From: a virus | Length of the DNA: 64,000 bases | Reading direction: 5' to 3' (one strand) | Virus record (IMG/VR): IMGVR_UViG_3300033997_000077 | Span: 1 to 64,000 of that record | Shown here: one piece after another, positions 56,894-64,000 of the stretch | Position numbering within the stretch: the first letter of the stretch is position 1 | Layout of the letters: every line of letters starts with the position of its first letter | Position numbers and translations under genes: made by a program | Notes under the pieces: model-generated | Seen by the model: the letters and a program-made list of their open reading frames with translations, nothing else | Told to the model about the DNA's origin: nothing | Database searches by the model: none

Positions 56894-57755
56894 CATCGCT
56901 GCCCGCTTCGGCGGATTCCCCAGCGGGCTCGACGACGTTGGCCTCTACCCAATGTTGTCTCACCATATGGGCCCGCTGTTCACGGCGATTCACTATCGGT
57001 CGCCGGAGTTGCTGGTCGACGTTATCCAGAGTCTGTGCACTTACGACGTGCTGACGATGGAGGACGATGACTTCCGCTATCTGCTCGCACTCGTTGACCG
57101 TGTGTCGTACACCGAAGACAGCCGAGTGATCAACTGGCGCTGCCTCGCTCCCCGCTGGGTCAAAGGCGTGGAAGGCACAGCTGGCTTCGACTACACACCC
57201 GTCAATCCACACAATCCGAAGTACCGGAAGACTGTGTGCGACTCTCTCAATACGCAAGACGTGCGCTTCACCGTCAAGGTTGTGGGCGAACGTCGTAAAC
57301 TTCCAGCCAACATGAAGCACCCGCTGATCAGTTCGCTGGAACCCGCGTACTCCGCAATCAAGAATGGCTATCCCGAAGACCTGATCATGGCGGCCCGTTG
57401 GGTCGATTGTGATTGGCCGCTGGAAGCCATTGCGGATTCTCTAACATGCGAAGAGCTGGCGACGATCAAACGTCACATGTATTCCCGCATCGTTGTCCAG
57501 CAGAAACTGCGCTGCGCATTCTGCCCTAACGAAGTCCTCAACGTTGACCCACTCGACATGTTCGGTTTTCTGCGCGTCTTCAGTGACGTGTCGATGATGA
57601 ACATGCAGTTCAACCTGAGCATGCACTTCAACGCTTGCATCCCCGAAGACATCCCGCTCAAGCGGCTGCTGTATCACCACGGCTGCTACGTTCAGGATCG
57701 ACGCGAAGCCGAGCGGAAGAAACGGGAAGCAGCGGCAGCAGCGCATAGGAGTTAA
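56886..57755 (+). CDS. baseplate hub assembly protein (gp26/gp51-like)
   Basis: L..DDF.YLL, W.C and CAFC. Lies before the tape-measure-like gene. Confidence 0.5.
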   Translation: MSNIAARFGGFPSGLDDVGLYPMLSHHMGPLFTAIHYRSPELLVDVIQSLCTYDVLTMEDDDFRYLLALVDRVSYTEDSRVINWRCLAPRWVKGVEGTAGFDYTPVNPHNPKYRKTVCDSLNTQDVRFTVKVVGERRKLPANMKHPLISSLEPAYSAIKNGYPEDLIMAARWVDCDWPLEAIADSLTCEELATIKRHMYSRIVVQQKLRCAFCPNEVLNVDPLDMFGFLRVFSDVSMMNMQFNLSMHFNACIPEDIPLKRLLYHHGCYVQDRREAERKKREAAAAAHRS

Positions 57756-57757
57756 CC

Positions 57758-60070
57758 ATGATTCTGCCCTCACATTACGCGTTGCTTACGGAAGCAGCCG
57801 ATGCCGTGGCTTTAGGCGGTGTCATTGGCGAGCCTACGAAGGAACGCAAGCTACGCGGCAAACCCCGTGCCCGTGACGAACGCGGGCGCTTCATCCGACA
57901 GGATCAAGTCGCGGTTGCTGCGCGCACTGAAGCCCCCAACATTGACCGCGCGAAGCCCGAAGAGGTGGATGCCGCGTACCAAGAAGCATTCACCTCTCTC
58001 AGCACAGTGAAGATGGAAGAGCTTCTACTCGGCAGCAACGAACGCCTCGACCAACTGCTCGAACTTATCGGCAAGTGGTGGAAGTGGGAGAAGCGCCAAG
58101 TTCAAATCATGCGGGCCGAAACCCGTGAGCGTCGTCGCCTTGAGGAAATGGAAGCGCTGCACAATCGCCAGCGTAACCAAGTTGCCCAGCAACAGCAGGG
58201 CCAAGGCGGGGGCCTGTTCGGTGACATGTTCGGTGGCGGCCCCGACGTCGGTGGTAACGGCAAAGACCGCAAGAAGAAAACACGCACGCGCAAAACCCCC
58301 ACACCCAAGAAGGCTGGTTTCTTCTCGCGTGCTGGGGGTAAACTGCTTTCCGGCATGAGCACTGCGGGCAAAGCAATCGCACTTACTGCAACTGGTGCCC
58401 TCGGTCTCGTCGGTGCCAGCACTGTTCTCAGTGACGGGCCGGAACCCGAAGACCTCGACCGCGAACGTAAGCCGAAACCCAAAGCCGAAACTCCGGAAGT
58501 CAAGCGCAACGCGGCAGCCGCTGCGGAAGAAGCGCCGGATCTGAAGCGTGCGACGAAAGCGGCGCAGGCTGAGAAGGGACTGTTCAGCAAACTCGGCGGG
58601 CTCGGGAAGATTGGCGGTATCGCCGGATCCCTACTCACTGTCGGTCTCGTCGGCAACGAGGTTATGTCGATCAAAGACAATGACACGTTGACCGACAAAG
58701 AAAAGGATCGTGAGTACAGCAAACTCGGTGGCGCAACTGCTGGCTCCGTTGTTGGTGGCGCGGGTGGCGCGTGGCTCGGTGCACAAGGCGGTGCAGCTGC
58801 TGGCGCAATCGTTGGATCTGTTGTGCCCATTTTGGGTACGGCTGTCGGTGCAGCTGTTGGTACTGCGGTCGGCGCTGTGCTCGGCGGCGGTGTCGGTTCG
58901 TGGTTCGGTAGCGAGGCTGGCGAAGAAGCTGGCACTATGGTGTACGACGTTGTGGTGCGTGACGACCAAGTGAAGAAGGACGAAGACGCGCACAAGGTCA
59001 AAGCCGAACTCAAGTCCCCCGAGTTGGAGAAGATTGCGAAGGCCACAGACACCAACAACGGCGGCAGCTGGTGGCAACGCCTGCTCGGTATAGGTGGCGG
59101 CTCCCCGACTGCTGGCAGCTACTCGCAAGGTGTAAGCGGAATGTCGTTTCCTTCTATGGGATACGGCGCGAATCGCGACAACGTTGTTCCGCGTGCGGGC
59201 TCTCCAAGTCAGAAGCTGGACTACCGCGCGGATCCCAACTACGTCGTGGGCCAAGGTGTGCTGAAGAACCTGCCGCGTCACAACGATCAGGAAGCGCGCT
59301 TGTCGCAGTGGTCAAACCTCATTGAGGAAAAGGCTGCCGCGCGGGGCGTTGACCCGTTGCTGGTGCGCAGCGTAATGAAGCAAGAGTCTGGCGGTAAGGC
59401 CGACGCCAGATCCCCGACTGGTGTAGAGGGATTGATGCAGCTGACGCAAGTCACGGCACGGGAAGTTGGATTGACCGACCGCCGTGATCCGGCGCAGAGC
59501 ATTGACGGCGGTGCCCACTACTTGGCTAAGCAGCTGAAGGCGTTCAACGGTAACGTGCCGCTGGCGTTGGCTGCATACAACGGTGGTGCTGGCAATATAC
59601 GTAAAGCAATGCGTGCTGCTGGTTCCGACGATCCAGAGAAAGTGCTGGCTGCTCTACCGACCGTCATGCGCGATCAGGCGAAGGTTCGTGAGATTCAGGG
59701 TTACGTGAAGAACATCACGCGATACCATCAGGAGTATCAGGAACAAGCCAAGGCCGTTGACCCCAACGTGAAGCAAGCGGAGAAAACTGTCGAGCGCGAT
59801 AAGTCGACGCCTGAAGTGGAAGTGGCTCGCACTGACACCAGCGACAACATCGTGACGCAGACCACACCGCCGCCACCGCCGATGCTTGCTGCGCCAACGC
59901 CGCAGAAGCCTGAGTCGAATCGTCAGCAACGTGCCCCGACCGTGAACCGGACGCGCCGTGACTCGTCCCAGCAAGTGGCGCAAGCAGCAACGAATCCGAC
60001 ATCGTTGGATGATATGCCGCTACTGCTTACCGACCACGGACTGGGCAGTATGCTGACAGGACGCATCTAA
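57758..60070 (+). CDS. tape-measure-like tail protein with glycine-zipper segments and SLT lytic transglycosylase domain
   Basis: QESGG (catalytic E), GLMQL, G..YL and ALAAYNGG; also GAAAGAIVG...GAAVGTAVG. Confidence 0.85.
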   Translation: MILPSHYALLTEAADAVALGGVIGEPTKERKLRGKPRARDERGRFIRQDQVAVAARTEAPNIDRAKPEEVDAAYQEAFTSLSTVKMEELLLGSNERLDQLLELIGKWWKWEKRQVQIMRAETRERRRLEEMEALHNRQRNQVAQQQQGQGGGLFGDMFGGGPDVGGNGKDRKKKTRTRKTPTPKKAGFFSRAGGKLLSGMSTAGKAIALTATGALGLVGASTVLSDGPEPEDLDRERKPKPKAETPEVKRNAAAAAEEAPDLKRATKAAQAEKGLFSKLGGLGKIGGIAGSLLTVGLVGNEVMSIKDNDTLTDKEKDREYSKLGGATAGSVVGGAGGAWLGAQGGAAAGAIVGSVVPILGTAVGAAVGTAVGAVLGGGVGSWFGSEAGEEAGTMVYDVVVRDDQVKKDEDAHKVKAELKSPELEKIAKATDTNNGGSWWQRLLGIGGGSPTAGSYSQGVSGMSFPSMGYGANRDNVVPRAGSPSQKLDYRADPNYVVGQGVLKNLPRHNDQEARLSQWSNLIEEKAAARGVDPLLVRSVMKQESGGKADARSPTGVEGLMQLTQVTAREVGLTDRRDPAQSIDGGAHYLAKQLKAFNGNVPLALAAYNGGAGNIRKAMRAAGSDDPEKVLAALPTVMRDQAKVREIQGYVKNITRYHQEYQEQAKAVDPNVKQAEKTVERDKSTPEVEVARTDTSDNIVTQTTPPPPPMLAAPTPQKPESNRQQRAPTVNRTRRDSSQQVAQAATNPTSLDDMPLLLTDHGLGSMLTGRI

Positions 60071-60079
60071 GGAGAATGT

Positions 60080-60826
60080 ATGGCTAACTATTTCATGCGA
60101 GGGGCTGCGACAGTCGCTGCTGGTGCCCCGCGTGGACGTGACGCAATGGTGCACGTCGACAAGATGTATCAGCTCCACATTCACAACAAAGCGGGCACCG
60201 TTAAGTTCTCCGGTTACGTGCCGGAGGATTTCAACATCAGCCTAGCAAGTAACTGGGTTGCACCGTTCGCGGGCATGGGCTTGAGCGACGTGCCGGGCGC
60301 AAACAACAGAGCGGTCGGCGTAGACCGAACGTTGAAGTTCTCCGGCTACTCGTCGCTGCACAAGCTGGTCAGTGCGCGAGTGTGGGAATCTCCGCAGTAC
60401 CTGACGCTTGAACTTCCGATCTTCCTCGACGCGTACCACTCGACGCAAGAAGAGGTAATGGATCCTATGGTTCAATTGTTGAGCATGGCGGCACCAGATG
60501 AAATCGGCGGGCTGCTCATTCCTCCGGGGCCCGCTCCGGCTAAGGAAGTGCTCAACGCTGCAATGAATGCTGTGACTGACGTGACTGGTGTTGGGCATGC
60601 GCAAGAGTTCGATTCGCAAGAGGCATTCACGGTGCGCCTTGGTACGTTCTTCGCAATGAATCCGGCAATCATCACCAACGTTAGCGCCAGCGGTGACTGT
60701 GCATTCGAGGACAGCACGGGCCATCCTATTGCTGCCGACTTCATGGTGACCGTTGAGTCATACTTCGCAGTAACCCGCAAGGATCTGCAAGCATGGTTCA
60801 ATCCCCAAACGTTGGGCAATCTGTAA
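60080..60826 (+). CDS. baseplate/tube-initiator protein
   Basis: AAGGAG RBS. Follows the tape measure and precedes the gp53-like gene; ..IITNVS...G.PI.A pattern. Confidence 0.6.
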   Translation: MANYFMRGAATVAAGAPRGRDAMVHVDKMYQLHIHNKAGTVKFSGYVPEDFNISLASNWVAPFAGMGLSDVPGANNRAVGVDRTLKFSGYSSLHKLVSARVWESPQYLTLELPIFLDAYHSTQEEVMDPMVQLLSMAAPDEIGGLLIPPGPAPAKEVLNAAMNAVTDVTGVGHAQEFDSQEAFTVRLGTFFAMNPAIITNVSASGDCAFEDSTGHPIAADFMVTVESYFAVTRKDLQAWFNPQTLGNL

Positions 60827-60837
60827 AGAGGTAGGTT

Positions 60838-61104
60838 ATGATCGACCAATTTGGAATGGATCCCCTGCGCGACAAGACCTACGATCTGTTGACGGGTGAT
60901 TTCACTCCGCACGAAGTGAAACAGACTGAAGTTGCGAACCCCCAGCTGATTGCGAAGCGCTATTACAACTCGCACAGCTTGTTCTACATCATTCTGTCAT
61001 TTAATGGGCTGGTGCATCAATGCGAAGTTCGCGCGGGAATGATCCTGCGCATTCCGCGCCTTGACCGCACCAAGAAAGCCGAGACCAAGACCTACGAGTT
61101 CTAG
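60838..61104 (+). CDS. LysM-like/gp53-like baseplate protein
   Basis: PQLIA.RYY....YII..FNG......G..LRIP. Confidence 0.75.
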   Translation: MIDQFGMDPLRDKTYDLLTGDFTPHEVKQTEVANPQLIAKRYYNSHSLFYIILSFNGLVHQCEVRAGMILRIPRLDRTKKAETKTYEF

Positions 61105-61112
61105 GAGGCATC

Positions 61113-62951
61113 ATGGCAGAAGGCGGCATCAGTGGTCAGTTTTACCTGTCGCTGAAAATAAACGACCAAGAAATTCCCGGCCTGCGCGACTGCATTTCCC
61201 AAATCGTAATCGTCAACAGTGTGCTGGGTGTGCCGAGCGCCCAGATCACTCTCAACGACAATCAGGACGTGTTCAGCGGGCCGTTTGCTTTGGTGGACGG
61301 CACGCGGATCACAATCACGCGCGGCAAAACCCGCGATAGCATGCGCACCACTACCTTCATCGTTGTTGGTCAGCGTGACCGTGACTTGAAAGTCGTTACC
61401 TGTCTGCTGGACGTGCCGGGATTTTTCACCGACACCAAGGCGATGGCGCAACGCGGCACCAGCTTGGACGTCGCGAAGAAGATTGCAGGGGAGTACGGCC
61501 TACAGTTCGAGACCAACATCGGCGGCGTCGACGACAACATGCGCTGGACTACGTTCGGCCAGAGTCCGCGCCTGTTCCTTGAGACCATCGAACAACGTAT
61601 GTGGATCCCAGAAGGTGGGTATCCGCAAGTCGTGGTTACCGAAGACAAGCGCCTGAAGCTGATCGACGTAATCAAGGCTATGCAGGACGAACCGAAAACG
61701 GTGTTCGCCTACAACTACCCAGTCGAGAGTGGGGAAGCGGTACTCGTTGAAGAGGTCAGCGCGAAGAGTATCAGCGGCTACCTCAACATGAACGTCGGCT
61801 ACGGCTCAACCTTGATGGCGACCAACGGCGACGGCGAAGTCGAGCGCTTCAGCAAAGGCAAGATCAAAGCTGGCGGTAGCCCCAACGTCAACGCCAAGCA
61901 ACGCGAAGCCATCACCGGAACCAACTACACGTTCCAGCCGCACCAGCCGATCTCGAAAGGTGCGAGCGCCAACGTGCACAAGCATTGGGTGGAAGCACTC
62001 GACAACTGGCGTCGTAACTACGCAGCGTTTTCTGAATTTTGCCGCGTGCGCTTCAACGGTGCGCTGAAGGATTTGGAGTTGCTGACTCCCGTGCAACTTT
62101 ACGCTGGATCCATCTCGGCAAAGGGCGCTGTACTCAACGAGAAGCAGAGCGGCAAGTGGCTGTACGCTGGATACACTGAGCTGATCCGTCGGCGAAGTTA
62201 CCACACGGCGGCGCTGCTGACTCGCAACTTCGTCGGCACCAAGGGCACCACCGAACTTGTCGACGGCGACAACGGCAAGAACAAGGCAAGCAACCGCCAG
62301 CCCAGCGTTGCGGATACTGTGCGGCCCCCGCAGCAGGACGACGGCGTGCGTCAGATAGGCAACGGGCTCAACGCAATTGATCAGGTTGTGGAGAAGCAGA
62401 CCCAGCAGCTGGACGCCGCAATGGGCAAGATGATCGAGACCGCAAACTCGGCCATCAACCTGCCGGAACTGGCTGCCAAGTACGGGCCGGACTCTGACAT
62501 GCTTGACGCGCTTATGAGCGAGTTCAGTATGGCGGCATTCACGAACCGACTGTGTGGCATGCTGTCCCCGTTAGAGAAACTGTCGCTGGACTTCGGCATC
62601 AAGAATCCGGCAACGATCTTCCAGCTGCTCGACGGGCGACTCGGTGAACTCGAATCCCTTATGGGCCAATTCGAAGGCGACATCAACGACATGATCGCGC
62701 GTGGTGACATCCCTGAAAACTATCGCGACGTTCCGACGTTGAATGCCCCGTGCGCCGACAACAAAGTCAGTGAGATGAACGATGCGATTGCCGATAAATT
62801 GGGGAGCAAATGCCTCAACGCGTTCTCGCTGGATAAGCTGCACGGCCCCTCGTTTGACCTTGCGTCCCTGTACCAAAAGATGGAAGAGTATCTGCGTAAG
62901 TTCCAGTGCGCATTCGGCGGACAGAACGACGCGAGCGTGGAGATCGTATGA
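61113..62951 (+). CDS. baseplate hub protein (gp27/VgrG-N-like) with helical C-terminal extension
   Basis: P.A.I.L.D, V...IA..YGL and SGKW. Immediately upstream of the spike. Confidence 0.65.
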   Translation: MAEGGISGQFYLSLKINDQEIPGLRDCISQIVIVNSVLGVPSAQITLNDNQDVFSGPFALVDGTRITITRGKTRDSMRTTTFIVVGQRDRDLKVVTCLLDVPGFFTDTKAMAQRGTSLDVAKKIAGEYGLQFETNIGGVDDNMRWTTFGQSPRLFLETIEQRMWIPEGGYPQVVVTEDKRLKLIDVIKAMQDEPKTVFAYNYPVESGEAVLVEEVSAKSISGYLNMNVGYGSTLMATNGDGEVERFSKGKIKAGGSPNVNAKQREAITGTNYTFQPHQPISKGASANVHKHWVEALDNWRRNYAAFSEFCRVRFNGALKDLELLTPVQLYAGSISAKGAVLNEKQSGKWLYAGYTELIRRRSYHTAALLTRNFVGTKGTTELVDGDNGKNKASNRQPSVADTVRPPQQDDGVRQIGNGLNAIDQVVEKQTQQLDAAMGKMIETANSAINLPELAAKYGPDSDMLDALMSEFSMAAFTNRLCGMLSPLEKLSLDFGIKNPATIFQLLDGRLGELESLMGQFEGDINDMIARGDIPENYRDVPTLNAPCADNKVSEMNDAIADKLGSKCLNAFSLDKLHGPSFDLASLYQKMEEYLRKFQCAFGGQNDASVEIV

Positions 62952-63745
62952 GAGAGCAGAAAGCATTGCACGGTAAAGGGCTCAACAAGGACGAGCCCTA
63001 CGAAGCGATTGTTGTGGACGAAAATGATCCCGGCAAGTTTGGTCAGATTCGTGCACGCGTCGCGGGCCTTATGGACGACATACCGGATGACCAGTTGCCG
63101 TGGGCACGCCCGCGCGGCTGGAATCACCCGTTCGGCCAGATGGCGAAAAAGATGGGAGCAATCGGCAAAACCAGTTTCTTCGGCGGTGTGCCACGTCGCG
63201 GGAACAAGGTCGATCTCTACTTCCCGACCGGAGACCCGCACGTTGCAACGTGGAGCGCGTCTTCCCCAATCGACAAGCTGTCTAAGGATCCGGTGTACGA
63301 CGTCAACTACCCGAACCGCTTGGGCTTCCGGTTCCCCAACGGCTTTCAGGTGTTGGTCGACACACAAACCAACGAAGTGTTCTTCATCAATCCCGGCGAC
63401 TACCATTTCGTGACTTTCGGTGACATGCACCAGACCATCGTTGGTAACCAGCAGCTGATCGTGACTGGCGACAAGGGAGAGGTTCCGGCCTACGTCCTCA
63501 ATGATCCGAACATGAGCGCCAAGTACCTGAAGAGCGACCCGCAAGGTCGCGTGCAATTCAAGGGGCTGCTCGGTCGCAAGGTGGGTTCGCAGCACACTAT
63601 CGTAGGTGGCAACCAGACTGTGCACGTGAAGGGTGACCGCAAGGACAAGATTGACGGCAAGTACAACATCGAAGTCGGCGGCGATTTCAAAGTTGACGCC
63701 AAAGGCGAAGCATTCGTGAACGGCTCCAACGTGAACTTGAACTAA
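62948..63745 (+). CDS. baseplate central spike (gp5/gpV-like OB fold plus beta-helix)
   Basis: ATG 62948. V.D.NDP...G.IRARV, LPWA, VP..G..V...F..GD, V.G[ND] repeats and terminal VNLN. Confidence 0.85.
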   Translation: MREQKALHGKGLNKDEPYEAIVVDENDPGKFGQIRARVAGLMDDIPDDQLPWARPRGWNHPFGQMAKKMGAIGKTSFFGGVPRRGNKVDLYFPTGDPHVATWSASSPIDKLSKDPVYDVNYPNRLGFRFPNGFQVLVDTQTNEVFFINPGDYHFVTFGDMHQTIVGNQQLIVTGDKGEVPAYVLNDPNMSAKYLKSDPQGRVQFKGLLGRKVGSQHTIVGGNQTVHVKGDRKDKIDGKYNIEVGGDFKVDAKGEAFVNGSNVNLN

Positions 63746-63754
63746 GAGGTAGCA

Positions 63755-64000
63755 ATGAAACAACTTTTGTGTGGTAAGATTTATATGCCCGTGGCTCTGC
63801 TGCACCGCGAGCGCGGTTTGGTAGTTGAGATATTCGCCATCGACTATTCCAGCGAGCGGGTTTCGGCATCCGACGCCGAGGTAACTCTCCGCCGTTACCT
63901 TCGCGACCGTGTGTTTATGTCGGCAGATGACACGTCGCTGTACGGGCCCGACGTTGAGTACGTGGACAACTACTACGAAGTCACTGGGGAAGGTTGGTCG
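63755..64000 (+). CDS. hypothetical protein, 3'-truncated by the window edge
   Basis: GAGG RBS then ATG 63755. The frame is open to the end of the window (MKQLLCGKIYMPV...). Confidence 0.6.
   Translation, partial: MKQLLCGKIYMPVALLHRERGLVVEIFAIDYSSERVSASDAEVTLRRYLRDRVFMSADDTSLYGPDVEYVDNYYEVTGEGWS

Noticed and set aside
51957-63745. Bacterial T6SS, tailocin or eCIS locus
   Set aside because: Capsid, prohead protease, scaffold and DNA ligase genes are present and host housekeeping genes are absent, which indicates a phage.
1-64000. Stop-codon reassignment or introns/inteins
   Set aside because: The standard code gives dense, full-length, coupled genes. I noticed no split genes, homing endonucleases or intein motifs.

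Overview
This window looks like part of a large lytic tailed-phage genome, most likely a jumbo myovirus. Credible genes are densely packed, almost all on the + strand, and often translationally coupled. I saw no tRNA, rRNA, CRISPR array, integrase or IS element. Layout: (i) an MT-A70 adenine methyltransferase and a DEDD exonuclease; (ii) a 12-kb effector island (3069-14774) with several ADP-ribosyltransferase-like proteins, a Nudix-ART fusion, a zincin peptidase and two large paralogs; (iii) a non-structural block with a paralog trio and HAD and HD hydrolases; (iv) lysozyme, tail sheath 1 and Ig-repeat/fibre genes; (v) NAD+ DNA ligase and a GT2-TPR glycosyltransferase; (vi) a head module (prohead protease, giant zincin protein, acidic scaffold, decoration protein, major capsid protein); (vii) sheath 2, tube, baseplate, SLT tape-measure-like protein, hub and spike. 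Two sheath genes plus Ig-rich filament genes resemble Lu11/PaBG/Erwinia Y3-type 'hairy' jumbo myoviruses (inference from memory, no search run). The main finding is that about 16 otherwise unrelated proteins share a short N-terminal leader ending in S-x-S-(A/G/S/D). The same S-x-S motif occurs about 25 times in the putative scaffold and near the MCP N-terminus. This suggests a capsid-targeting/prohead-protease signal that loads a suite of effector enzymes into the virion head. All family assignments are by eye from motifs.
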